Assembly (NCBI GenBank): GCA_011109175.1
Contig: RDEW01000002.1
Coordinates: 74,299-138,298 of the forward strand
Direction: 5' to 3'
Length of the DNA stretch: 64,000 nucleotides
DNA from: Dicyema japonicum
Lineage: Eukaryota; Animalia; Dicyemida
In this document: piece after piece, positions 27,073-40,299 of the stretch
How the letters are laid out: every line of letters begins with the position of its first letter
How positions within the stretch are numbered: position 1 is the first letter of the stretch
The notes under the pieces: model-generated
The model's database searches: none
The model's input: the letters and a program-made list of their open reading frames with translations, nothing else
What the model was told of the DNA's origin: nothing
Made by a program: the position numbers and the translations under genes

Positions 27073-29423
27073 CAGTGCAACCTCCATTTGGGGCGGACTT
27101 CCTCATTGGGGCACATCTATTTTTGGGGCAGTTTGAAAATTAAGATCATTTTATACAGTAATTTTCAAATTTGGAAATTTCCTGAACCTCTTAGTGGGGC
27201 ACTTAATTTTTTTTAATTTATATAAAGTCTTGCAATTAATATTAAATTTAATTATATAAAATTTTCTTAAACTTCGCGTGCTAAATTTGCGTTTTTGTTG
27301 TCATGGATGGGAAGCTTACTCTGGAGTTATAGCTTAAAATTGCCCAAGAAATCAACGATAATTGTTTCATGAGCGAACGAGATATTGTCAAAAAGTATAA
27401 AATTAGTAAAGGTTATCTGATAATTCTATTGTTTAGGCGCAGTATCTAGAATTAAACAAAATTATACGAACTTTATAAATAATGGGTCCGTACAATCAAA
27501 TTTTCTTAGTCAAATTTTACAGAGAAGAGACATACTGTCACAGAAATTCGATAAAATTGTTTATGAACGCTTTTTTAAAGCAAGGGAAGAATTTATTCCC
27601 GTTTCAGGACCTATTCTTAAAAACATTGCTATAAAAGTAGCTAGGAATTTGAACTATACCTTAATGGTTGGCTTGAAAAATTTAAGAAAAGACACAATTT
27701 GTCATTTAAGACAATAAGTGGTGAAAAAAATTCGTGTGATATTTCTTGCCTTGGAATTTTTTTGATAAGTACGATGACTATGTTAATAACTATGGCATTG
27801 AAAATATTTTCAACTGCGATGAAACGGGATTGTACATTAAAAGAATAACATCAAAATCATTTGTAACTTCAGATGAAGATTGTTTTGGAATTAAAAGGAG
27901 TAAAGAAAAAGTCACTATTCTTTTGTCGGTCAGTGCTTGTGGCGAAAAATTGAAGCCATTATTAATAGGAAAATATAAATCCCCACGTTGTATGAAAAAT
28001 TTTAACCCTGAAGAGCACGGAGTTTTATATTCGTTTTCTAAAAATTGTTGGATGACATCTGATATATTTATTACTTGGTTGAACATTGTCAACGAAGAAA
28101 TGATTCAACACAACCGAAAAATTGTCCTTTTGCTTGACAATGCAAGTTGTCACAAGAATAATCATTTTTCTAACATTGAGCTATTTTTTCTGCCAAAAAA
28201 TGCAACATCATTAATTCAACCCTTAGATAGTTATTAAATCGTTCAAATCCAATTATTTAAATAATTTGATGGATTTTACCCTATCTTTTGAGGATGATAA
28301 GTTTACAATGTTGAATTTAAAGCAAGTAAATCTCAGAAAATAATCATTATTGTTGGAACGACATGGCAACAAATACACTCTGAATCAATTACTAATTGTT
28401 GGAAGAAATTTGATGAATGCCGTTTTCAAACTCTCTCATTGGTGAATAATGAATTAGAGTTTAGATAACATAATTAAAAATATAATTACTGAAAATGAAG
28501 TAGAAAATGATGACGAGAATATATACGACGGAGTAAATATTTTTTTTTTAAATTTAATTAATAAATTTAAACAATAGAAGTCAGGTAGTTGCCGCCCTCA
28601 CCGCGTGGCTGTTCCCTCTCAAAATTGCGAGCGAAATTCGCTCAAATAGCCAGCGGCGTTCACGGAGATCTCCAGTGCATGAGGTGATCCGGTTTCCAAG
28701 ACGTCCGAAAAACTCGAGTGTAGAGGGGGAGTAGGATCCGGAAGTCTCCATAGCAAGGGAACAAATTTGACATCATCGGGAAGGTCGACGTATTTAACGA
28801 GTTTTGCCTTCTCCGCCTTTACGGATGCTGAACAGGCCCTTGTAGCACTCTCGTGAAGATTTTTCTGGGCGAACGTGTCTGTACATGTCACATCCCAAAT
28901 CAGTGGTTTCCCGGCCTCAAATGGAAATATGGTCATCCCGTCCGGTCGTTTCCCGTCACTTCTGCATAACCCGACTGGTTCAAGAATGGCCGAGTATCCA
29001 GCAGCATCCATAGCTCGCCTGACAATTTCATTCAGAGCCTTTGTGTTTTGGGAGTAAAATGTACCTATTCTCATTTGGAAACAATAACAGCGATGAATAC
29101 ACTTGAAGAGAGCATTTTCAATTTGTTTCCTGAAGCTTTGAAAGATTATTATAATTTCAGAAAAATATTAGGAATGCAAATGAAAAAATCCGCAACCGGA
29201 GGGAAATTAACAGACTATTTTCCTATCGTTAAATAAATTTGTTTTTAATATAATTCTGAAAAATCTATTAAAAAACATTATCTATCTATAAATTTAATAA
29301 AAAGCAAATTTAAATTGTTAAACTGTTGATAAATCTAAAGAAAATGCCGAACCTCCATTTTTGGGGAAACCTCTGTTTTTGGGGCATTTTTTTAAATAGG
29401 TGCCCCAAATAGAGGTCATACTG
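27073..29423 (+). mobile_element. pogo/Tigger (Tc1-mariner superfamily) DNA transposon with decayed transposase
   Basis: TA|CAGTGCAACCTCCATTTGGG ... CCCAAATAGAGGTCATACTG|TA: imperfect TIRs (16/20) with a TA TSD and TTGGGGCA subterminal repeats. CENP-B HTH region; DDE_1 core IFNCDETGL, KPLLIGK..SPRC, LLLDNASCH, LIQPLD; C-terminal KLTDYF. Confidence 0.92.
28538..29050 (-). mobile_element. 5'-truncated CRE-like LINE inserted in the pogo transposase
   Basis: EPVGLCRSDGKRPDGMTIFPFEAGKPLIWDVTCTDT (RLE) with an A-rich tail. TSD GGAGTAAA at 28530-28537 and 29051-29058. Removing it restores the pogo frame (IYDGVKCTYSH). Confidence 0.92.
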
Positions 29424-30009
29424 TATAATCCACGAGGGTATTTTTCCAACTATATCAGACAGGAAGCTTGATAGATTCGGTATGATGGATTGAGGAATAC
29501 TTACTTTTTATGTTAGAAATGGAAATTACCTTTCAAATGCTGTACTATCGAAGGGAAAAGTTCCACGTGTTTCTATTTCAGACTTCAAGTGTTTAATATA
29601 CTGATTTATTGGACAATCGTTCTATGGGCTTGGTTTGAAGAAGTTCTCTAGACACAAGGAGGTTGTTATCTCGCTACTGGCCAAGTCGAGAAGAGCTAGG
29701 ATCAAGATAGTTTTCGATAAAGGACTCGACAAGATCATAAATGAGGGTGAAGATTGGCTATTATTGTCGATTAGAAAATTCGTAGAGAAGAGGAAGTCGA
29801 ACTTATTAAAAAAAGTATAGCCCTTGACTCCTATATAGGCAAATACCACTAATAGGATTAGGTCACGGGAGCAGAGTTTAAGCTACGGCAGAACTCGTGA
29901 TACGAGAAGCATCAATAAACTCACCATCTTTATATTCTTTGCCTACTCAACTACTGGGCGTACAATATTAATAGTTAACAACCTGGAGCAGCTGCTTCGA
30001 CCGCGGAAA

Positions 30010-30270
30010 ACCTAAAAATCAAGAAATTTTCCTGCCTCGGGGACCGGTACCGATTGATTCCTGTTGCGGTCGAGTCATCGGGAGCCGTTGGTCCAATAAC
30101 GGCTGAGTTCTTGCGCGAACTCGGAAAAATGCTTGCCAAAAAGAAAAGGGATCAACGAGAAGGGTTATGGCTGAGACAAAAGAATGGAATGGCCATACTC
30201 AGAGGAACTCGTTCCTCAACTAACATTTGTTTCTTTGTTAAATAATTTTCTTTAATAAAAAAATCCAAAA
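30010..30270 (+). mobile_element. CRE-like LINE 3' tip
   Basis: IPVAVESSGAVGPITAEFLRELG...REGLWLRQK..AILRG, followed by an A-rich tail. Close nucleotide relative of 46440-46730. Confidence 0.8.
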
Positions 30271-30989
30271 AAAGTCAATTTTATTTGTAAAAATGAAAAT
30301 AGTTAACAACTACCACTGAGTTTTTCTTCAGCATTTTTTCAAAATAGCAAAGAATAATGACAATGAGTCAGACTGGAAATTCATAGTTTCATTCATTGTT
30401 TCCCTTTGTACCTTCAACAAAACAGCTGATGTGTCTGTAGATAAGCACGGTTATGCTGGGGTTAATCAAATTAGCGTTGACCCATTTGACTTTATTGTTC
30501 ATTTGGGTGGGTTTTGCATGCCAAGGCGTGTTAAGAAAAAAATAAACTGGAGCATTTATTTGACTCTGTACTTTAATGGATAGTGGACAATTAGGTAAGC
30601 TGTGGTTAGTGTTAAGTGGACTCAACTTAGGCTGACGCTAATAAAATTGATTTAAATTTTAAGCTTAATTTTAAATCGATAATTATAATTTCAAAGAAGG
30701 AAAATCTCGAAAATTTCACGGTCAATTAGTCCAACTCAATAAAACTACTTATGACTGTCGTATTTATAAAAGTTGACATTTACCCACTTTTGAGGTTGAC
30801 ACCTCTCAGGTAAGGTCTTTGCATCGTATTCCCAATCTGGCTGTTCTACATGGGAGATACTACTAGAAAGAATAGTAGGGAGTTCGGCAAAGGTGAACCT
30901 TACGCATCAATATGCTTATGGGAAATGCGGAAATGCTTTTAGATACATTTGCGAACATATACAAAAAAATTATTCAAACTCTTTCAATT

Positions 30990-31045
30990 TAAGCGCCGAA
31001 CAGGATTCGAACCCTTTATACTTAATGCGTCCGACACTTCCTCCT
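30990..31045 (-). other. Degenerate tRNA-like fragment (B box and T arm only)
   Basis: Minus strand GGGTTCGAATCCTGTTCGGCGC. No matching acceptor stem or cloverleaf. Confidence 0.3.
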
Positions 31046-31566
31046 TGAAAGACAGTCAATCTAAACTAGCATTATTTCATGCTATTGTCTAATTAATCAT
31101 CAACACATGAAACACGTCATATAATTTGAATGATTATATCCGCAGTAAAAGCAACAAATCGATTTAAAATTAAAATATTTCGAAAGAAAAGAAATACCTA
31201 AAAACCGCAAAAAATGACAGCTTGTTTTATCTACACATTATGAAAATAATAGATTAAATTTTTGCAAGATTTGATAATTATCGCTGTTCACGGGAATAAA
31301 ATCAATAGCGAAAACTGCGAAAAATGTATACACGAATTATTAATCAATCGACCGATTCCGACAGCTGCAGAAATTCAATTAGTCAATATTAATTAGCCCT
31401 CATTGATGCATTATCAGCTAAATAAAAATTGGGTTTAAACAATGAAACAGAAATAATTATTTTATTTATTTATTTTTAATGAGTATTTAATAATTAAAAT
31501 AAAAAATAAAAAAAATTTTAAAACATTTATTTCTCAATACATTCAGAGCGGTAATTTTGTGTGGTA

Positions 31567-34500
31567 ATGGAGTTTGATACCCCATTCGTTTCTAAAACGT
31601 CTACGGATTCAGGTCTTATCTCTTTTGAGAGACATCAGGCCAACAACACACGTAACACAATATAACCACCATAGTCGAACGAGAAAAAGTACAGAAACGG
31701 ACTTTTACTCGCTGGATTAACAGTCACATCTCAAAGGTGTCAGATTTGCACGTGAACGATCTCTACTGTGACTTGGCCGATGGAAGAGTGCTGAAAACCC
31801 TCCTTGAAGTCCTCACTGGAGAGACTTTGGTTTACTTTTGACTTACAACAGCCTCCTCTGAACAACGACACTATGAGAATTTATTGTTTGGAAAATTTGC
31901 ACAAAATTCTAATTTTTCTCGAAGGATATAGAGTTCATATTGTAAATATTCAACCACTGGACATTTATAATGGTAACAACCATCTTATTCTGGGATTGAT
32001 ATGGATAATAATTCTTAGCTTTCAGGTTGGGACATTTTAATGGTAGGTCTGTGATATTGTCGACTCTGGACAACACCCAGTTTTGTACTCAGCCGACAGA
32101 AAAATGTCAAAAAGTAAAGCTTCTGAAGAGCTTCTTCGATGGTGTCAGCTGAAGACTGCAGATTACATGAATGTGAATATTATGGACTTTTCAACCTCAT
32201 GGAAGGACGGATTGGCATTCAATGCGATCATTCATCGACACCGGTGGACCCTATTGGTGATTTTAGACCCGATTTGATCGATTATGACCAACTGAGGAAG
32301 TACGAGCCGTCTAATAACCTCAACAACGCCTTCTCTGTTGCCCAGCATTATCTGGGTGTCGAAGCCATACTTGATTCTGCGGACTTAGACGTTCCCATGC
32401 CAGACAGTTGTTCCATAATAACCTATGTGTCTTCCCTCTGTCGTTATTTTTCTGAAATGAAAATCGAGTCTATCCATTCCAAGCGTCTCACCTCAGTTTA
32501 TTGTAATCAATAGCGTAGATTGTCCAAGATGCGGTCGACGTAGACATGCTGATAGAAAAATACCGAATCAATGCACAGGATTTGTTAAAATGGATAAACA
32601 ATACGATCCAGTTATACAATGATTGTCCCCCGTCCAATGATTTGGAGGAGATGAATCTACGGATGGCTAATTTTAACGACTACAAGTTTAACCCTCGTCC
32701 TAAACGGTTAAATTTTTTCTATTACCCATAGAATGGAGCAGAAAAACGACCTGGAATTACTTTTGTTGAATATACGAAATAAAAAAATCAGAGGAGACGT
32801 GTACACACTCGATGATGCTGAATCACTGGCGGAAATTGATCGTCAGTGGGAAATTTTGGAAAAAGTTGAAAATTTCTACGAAAATACGCTAAAATCAATG
32901 ATTTTGAAGTTTCCTTGACTTTACTAAAATCATCAGTTTCCGCAGAATGCTCTTGCTACAGACAAGATTTTACGAGTCTGTGGAAAGGCTGGAAAACTGG
33001 ATTAGCCTTAAAATAATGGAACTTGACTCATTTGATGACCAATGCTCTCAAATGAGCGTTTCTTTTGTTTTAAAGAAGATGGAATTGCTGAATGAAGAGA
33101 TTTCCTCTCAAGGATTGGAAAATGGTGTTTTGGAGAATGTCGTGGAGATGCTAGTGAGCAACAGCTCCTTTCCTTCGTCCACCGTTTCTGAAAGGTTTTC
33201 TGTTATTTTATAGAAGATTTGTCGTTTATATGGCAAAATGGACCGAATTGGCTGGAAAATACCAGGAGAGTAGCCAAAAATTGGCTGAATTTAGGACTGT
33301 GGAGTCACTTTCTATTAGAATTGAGAATCTCAGAGAAGATATGGACTCTGTTTGGGTTTGACTTCAAATTTAGTCTTTAGCCGAGTCTCATGTCATTTAG
33401 TTTCAGCAATGAGAAGCAGATTGACGCCCTGATTGACGACAGTGCTGCACTTTCTAAAGAGATTGACGGATTCGAAGATCTACAGAACGAAATTAAAGAA
33501 GATTATGATAAAATGGACAATTCAATAGACAAAGTGGCACAACTTGCTGGAGAGATTACACGATTGGACGAATATTTGATAAAAATGAAGAATATTATGG
33601 CTAGTCGGGACGGCAAATTGGCTGAATTGCAGAGAAATCTGAAGACTGTCAACAAAACAGTCGAATTCAGCAATTGGGTTCAGCAACAGCTCACAACACT
33701 TTCACTAATGGGAGATGGAAACTCTGTTGATGAAATTGAGACTAACATTAATGATTTGGCTGTTTGCACTGGTTTTCATGTTATAGGACTTTAAACTCAG
33801 ATATAACAACCACGTGGATGAATTTATGACGGAAATTAAACCTTACAACACCGTCACTGAACTTACTGAAAGTCTTAAACAGAGTGGCTTCTCACCCATG
33901 GACTCTACATGCACAATGGATGAGTGTGAGAGAGTTGTTGAGAATATGGAAAAAAGTCTAATGACTAGACTAGATGCCTATAAGGTAGAAAGTATATTTA
34001 TTGTTTGGTGGTTGAGGACATTTCCGAGCTATCGGATGTAATGGAGACGGTTATTCTAATATATTCCGACAAAATCAGCCTTGATTCTGACTTGGCGACC
34101 ATAGAACTGCTAATAAATCAGCATGACGGGCACTTTGATAAGTGTTCTGACTATTCCTCTCTCTTAAAGAGCACCCGTGATATCATTTTGGTTGCTATCT
34201 TGACTAAATCAGCAGAATGATAGAGACGTGGACAATATGGTGGAAACCAGCCTAGTGAAATTGCAGGAGATGTACGCGAACGTGCAATATCTGGGAGATG
34301 CCCGTAAGAAGAGACTATCGTGTGCGATGGCCTATAATCAAATTATGAATGGTCTCAACTCAGTTAGTGACTGGATATCTCATAAGGTGACGTGTTGTCT
34401 TACTTCTAGAAAGTTAATATTTGTTCACTGGACGATGAGATTGATTCTATAAAGTCAGCCAAATTAAGTCTGGATTTGATCACTGAGGAGACCAGTCGAA

Positions 34501-37500
34501 CTCGGATCAAAGTATGAATTCTTCCTCATAGTAGTTGAATGAATTTATGGATACTATAGAATCCTGTTTTGCCAGCGTAGAGGTTGAAGATACACAGTAC
34601 GCTAGAAACGTGAGGGATCTGTACGACCAAGTGATTGAAGAATGGTATGACTGGCTTGCGCTTCTCAAAAAGCATAAAGATTCAATTGAGATTAGCTATA
34701 CTAAGGAATCGATAAACTCGAGCCTCTCTCAAGTTGAGGTGATATTAGTTGATCATCTTTGTAGGAAAATATGCCTACTACGAAACGTTTATTCAGGGAG
34801 ATCTAGAGAAATGTTGACGTCTCTCGACTCATGTCACTTAGAAGAGTGTTCAATAACTTTAACAGTGACGTCCAGTCTATTAAGGATAAAGTATGTGAAT
34901 ACTATCATCTGTCAGATTAGTTCCTTGCGTCAGGAGGCAGAAAACGTTTGGAGTTATAATAGAATGTTTTCCGAGGAGGTTTCAGAGAACTTGGATACCC
35001 TGAGCAGTCGATTGACAAATTTGATTGATAATGTTGGCATTGTGATTTATAGCAGGCGGATGAGTATCAGACGAAAATGCAGGAGGCGAATGAATGTTTG
35101 TCGCTTCCTTTGCCGAATGGACAAATGGGAGATTTGGTTGTCTCAATTTGTCATGACTAACAATGTGCACAACCAGTCGGGCAATGATGAGTGTAAAAAG
35201 CATATGGATGAGATTTACTACTACAGCTCCCTGCTGGAATCAGAAAAGGTAGAATTCAACGAAATGGTTGAATCCGGCAGAGAAATGTTGGGGAGGGAAA
35301 ATAACTTTGACAATAATGTCATGCTTGCTGTTTTTTGTATTAGATTAATTCATAGAATTTAAACAAACTGAGCTCTAAGTTTCAGTACATTGAGGAAAAG
35401 ATTAAAGAAAAGAAGACACGTGCTGAGAATTCAATGCTTTTGAAGGTTTTTCTATTTCTTAGTTTCAGGTGTTTAACAAAATCCAGAATGACTGTGAGCT
35501 CCTGCTTGATAAGGACGAGACGATGCTGTCGATTGTGATACCGAATGTACTATATTATCATCATTTAAGGACTTTTATGACGATATTCCCTCAATAATAG
35601 CTGAGTTGAGTGAATATGTTAAAGAACGGGCAGAAGAACCGATTCAACAGACTTTTGACAATTTAGCTGTTGCGGCAAGTAAACTTAACTCTCAAGAATA
35701 TCAGGAACAGGCTAGGGATGTGCAACAAAGGTCATAATTGAACTCATCTTTGTAGATGGAATGAGAATACTAACAGACTGGCAGAAAAAATTTCGAATCT
35801 GAAGAATTTTTCGAATTATGTTGATTTTACTGACTTTTACGATGATGTTTGTTGTGTACCCAAATTTTAGTTTTTCAATTCCTCGTCTGCCTTGTTGGAC
35901 AAACTGAAGGCGCTTGGTACTGCCCCAATTGTCAACTCAGACGTCAATCCAGCCTTAATGTACAGATCATTGGTTGATTCTATGCAACTTCAGTTCTATG
36001 ATATCGAGCAATTGGTTGAGTTGTCTGGTCATTTGTAGAATCCGACTCGCCTTGCAAAAGTGCTACCAGAATACGAAGGAGAAATTAATCAAAAAATGGA
36101 AGATATTTCCCGCCTAAAGGACGAAGTTTGTGAAAATTTCAACATGCTCACAAATCCAGTCAAAATGTCCCAATCAAACATTGAGGAAAGCTTTTACAAA
36201 TTCTCCGCCTCTGTAGACTCCAGTCTTGGCCTTAATATTCAGAGTGGACAACACGCGTCTCTCCTTTTAGATAAATGCGATGTAATGGTTCGTCCACTAT
36301 TATAGGAGCTGGCCTCAGAAGGAGTTGTTCTACAAAGTGCTCTGCTAGGGAAATCTCAGTCAGAGGAGGACGCCGTATTAGTAGAGCAGAAGTAAGGTTC
36401 ATGTGTGAATTCTAGAACGTCCGCGTATTTGTCTTCTGTAGAGTCCTATCGCAGTCGGATCTCTTTGACAGAGCAATCACTGAAATTTGCTGCGAAAGCT
36501 AAATATACGACATCTTTGTTTGATAAAATGGTTGAACAAGCCGAAATGGCAGTACCAATGAATTTGGGGGAAGTCGAAATGCAGTCTGTACAATTAGAGG
36601 TAATCTTTCAAATTTACCAGCAGAGACTCCATGGACAAATGGTCGAGAACGAACCTGAAGTCAACCAGCTGAAGAATGAGATTACTGAAGCTCTGTCAAC
36701 CAATCCATCGCCAACTGAACTTATGGAAATAAACAATGACTTGGATAACAAATGGAATTATCTGAAATCACAACTGGAAGACAAATCTAATCAATTGAAG
36801 ACATTTGAATCGTTTTTCAATGTAAATTTGCTTTCTCATTCCAGTTATGTGTGGAAGTGCGAGAAAGATTAGATTGGATTGAGTTACAATCCTCTTTTCT
36901 GACGTTTGAACAATCTACGGGCGATGATGCCTTTGTTTGTGACTGGATTCAACAAATGTTAAGCAACAGATATGCCGTAGTGAAGAATGGAGTTGAAGAA
37001 ATTGACAATTTGGTAGAAAAATCGCAAAATTTGGAGGATCAGCCTTATTTGACTGATTCACAAAGGTAACCCTAATTATCCAACCAGAAATCAATTGAAA
37101 AAAGAGCGGGAAAATTTGTCAGAAAAATATGACGAACTTTGTGATCTAATGTCCAAGAACGAGGATTACGTGTCCTGTCTACTAAAACTGAACCCATTTT
37201 TCTATGAACTGGCAGAGTTCTACTTTTTTCTGGACCAAAAGACTTTGTTTGCTCAGAATATGGATGTAAGTGGAAACTTTCTCAGGGCCTCAGTATTACC
37301 AATTATTTAACTGTTTTAGCGGGAAATTGAGAACGCACGTGATCTCTGTGACAGAATTCGGAATGTTGGGGCTCGACTTCTTGAACGTTGTGAGAAAACA
37401 CTCAGTCAGTTAGATATGTCAGAATCAGAGGTGATGCCATCAGCCCCACGTGGGCTAAGTAATGCAGCGAGCAAATTCGAAGATTTGGATGAGATTTTGA

Positions 37501-39348
37501 CCCAACGAATGTACTACTGTGAAGATAAGATGGAATATAGTCGATATTACCAGCATTCTCAAGAAATCCGTGATTTTCTGTCGGAGATTGCCAGATTTGT
37601 AACTCGGTACCTAGAAATGACCAGGAAAGGCGAGGAATCTATGGTAACTGCCAAGTTGATGTACAAACGACTGTACTATTTTGAAAGCCTTTTCTCTAAA
37701 GCCACCGAAAAGGTGATTTTTTTCCATCAATTGATAGTTTAGTGAGTTTGGGAGAGCACGTGGGCTGATAATCGACAAATATTCAGTCGAAGAACGGGAA
37801 AATTTGTCAAGATTTTACGAAACGACAGAAAATGACTGGAAGCGGCTGAACGCTCTGTTGGAACATGGAATCTCCCAGATTGACAGCGACGACCTTCTCC
37901 TGCAGTTTTTCGGGCTCCATAACTCCCTGTGGAAGTGGGTTGGACAGATGATTGATCGGACTTCTAGTCCCCTCAAAGAGGTCCTCACGTTTGACGACGT
38001 CGAGTTGTTGGTGGAGGAGAATGCAAGCTTGAGAAGGGACATTACGCTTATGACGAAATATTCGACAAATATATTGAGCTTGGACGAGCCATCGTCATGA
38101 AAGAGAGCCCCAGATCATCTGAGGTTTCTTGATTGACACGTGTAGATATCCCAGGCTGTGTTGATGCTGACCACCAGAAGAGGGGATTTAATGCAGTCGC
38201 TTTCTGACAGGGATTTTATGGTTGAGTTGTGTAAGGTTGTCTGTTATTCCTAGTGTGTGATGTCCGCACATTTGCAGCACGTGCCAGAACTGCAGAGGAT
38301 GTTTATTATGCTAAGAAGTTGTTTTTGAGTAATTCCCCCTTGGGGGTTATTATTTGTGGTTATTTTAGAGGTCCTTCGAGGAAGTCGAAAGGCTACTAAA
38401 ACGGAATGATTACTTTGTTGAGTCACTAAAGAAGTACTCGCAGATTGTGGAGGCTGTAAAGAATTTGACTAAGGTGTTTCCATGATTTCATCCCTAGCTG
38501 GAACTGTTCGAGTTCTCCCCCACGGAGTTGCTGGAGTCTGTGGATGTTAAGAATTTATCTCAGCAGGTGGCCAAAGGCTATGCAGTTGAATTGAGGAGTC
38601 CACGTGCTGATTCAGTCAGTGTGGAAATCTCCGTGGATGTTGAAGACCAAGAAGAGCTGAAAAATGGTGGTGTTGCTTACGAACAGATGACGAACGGTCA
38701 CGGAGAGTTGGAAACGGAGACGGAAGTGCCTGTTGAGGCCACTAAAGGTTGTTTGTTGGTTTATACGGAATCTGTCGGAATTGCTGTGAAACTAAAGAGA
38801 ATGGTGTCGTCACGTGTTTCCAGACGGTTACCCCCAGAGAGTGTTCCACCTATCCTAGGATCCTCTATGGAATCTAGCTCTCATTATGAGGGTAATCTGA
38901 AGCGGAAGATGGTGTGGAGTACTGCTAGTAAGAAAGCCTATAGAAGGTTAGTGGAATGAGTTAGTTTAGAAACTGGGTTTCTCTGTTTGCTGTGCTACAT
39001 AATGGGAGTCTTTATTTCTATAATAGCTTTACTGCTGCTAGAGAGGTTTGTTGGATTTTTATGGTAGAAATCCGAGGAGACATTCCATTCCGAACCTCCG
39101 TTGGAATTGGCTGGGTGTTTTTGCTCGATGGCGGATGATTATGTTAAGCATCCGTTTGTGTTTCGTCTAAGTAATCCTGATGGCGCAGAATGCCTGTTTC
39201 AGGCTGAATCTCAGGTTTCTGTTATTAATTGATAGTGAAGGAAGCTGCTGATGCGTGGTGTGAAAGATTAGTTGATGCGTGTGGACCTACATTGGAACAC
39301 TCATCTGCCAAAGTGACCAGAGTCTCTTCGAAGTTGATGCGTCAGTAA
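31567..39348 (+). CDS. Beta-spectrin (two CH domains, spectrin repeats, C-terminal PH domain)
   Basis: [92 protein letters not shown], tryptophan-anchored repeats, and PH domain EGNLKRK...KKAYRRNW...[17 protein letters not shown]. More than 30 introns of 19-33 nt. In-frame TAG at 34804; 1-nt indels near 35098 and 38043. Confidence 0.93.
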
Positions 39349-40299
39349 TAACATTAACTTAGTTGTCTTCTTTATCTTTAATTAATTTGTGACTTTGTGT
39401 TTATTAACTTTAAATATTTATTACGAAATCAAAGTTTTATGAACTGAAATCACTTACTGACGCACGTGAGACCCGGTGGCTTCTCCAGTTGATCTCTGTT
39501 GCAGTCGTGAGAGCCAACACAACGTCGATAATGTCGGCGGGGTCCACTTTGGATGGATGGCTGTGTTAATTAATTATTAGTAATAATTTATAATACAAAG
39601 ACAGAAGAATATTTTTTATAATCTATAAGTTATAATGTAAAGACAGAAAAATATTTTTTTTATAACCTCTTCCAACTCAGCTTCCAGTATTGGTCCCTAA
39701 CACTGCTTTGATGTAGAAAGATCGAAAGCAATCATCCACATAGATTTCAAGTGTATCGAAAATGATTTTATTAAATGATAACTATGACGACTTTGTGGAT
39801 TTTAAAATTTCAAAAATTACCTTTTTTAACCTTATGACGAATTTATCAAAAAAATTTATTTAAATATCAAAATCCTTGTTAAAATGAAAAATAATATAGT
39901 TTAAAACGTTTCCAGGCACAGTTTTGATCTATAGATAGCGATTTTTCCAATAGAGAAAAAACTTTTTAGATAGTTGTATATATTGATAATGTTCGAGGGT
40001 AATGCTTCCTTAGCAGTTCAAGGATAACACTCCCTATCATACTGCACAAAAACCTTTTAAAAGTGAATATTCCTAAAGACGGGAGAATATTCGGACGAGC
40101 TGAGATCGATTGCGTGTAACGTGCAGGATGAAAGAGGCTAACTAAAACATTTTTGTGTAGCACATGCTTTTCTATAACCATAATGGCAAGGCGATAAGTG
40201 CTTATGATAATATGGATAAGTGTATTGTTTTTCAATTTTTTTGTGATATAAACAAAATTTTGATCCCAGATACTTCCAGATTCCAAATGAATCGCCACT

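Larger units (their letters stand above)
27035..29950 (+). mobile_element. APE-group LINE RT fragment split by the pogo insertion (27035-27072 joined to 29424-29950)
   Basis: Removing 27073-29425 (the pogo element plus one TA copy) joins CLDISKAFHS to IIHEG...WIEEYL...YVRNGNYLSNAVLSKGKVPRVS, a decayed LD.SKAFD...W...YL...GVPQGS sequence. Confidence 0.6.

Noticed and set aside
30990-31045. Functional tRNA gene
   Set aside because: Only a T-arm/B box is present; there is no acceptor stem or anticodon arm.
8690-38045. 1-nt frameshifts in CFAP52 (~8691), RPGRIP1L (~14740), the RT ORF (~22862), PUM3 (~25860) and spectrin (~35098, ~38043) as programmed frameshifting or editing
   Set aside because: Each lies in a short homopolymer run and the window has clear long-read error elsewhere, so residual assembly error is the simpler explanation.
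39966-40298. TMTC-like O-mannosyltransferase fragment (FHP...R..IL)
   Set aside because: The motif spacing does not match well enough to support the call.
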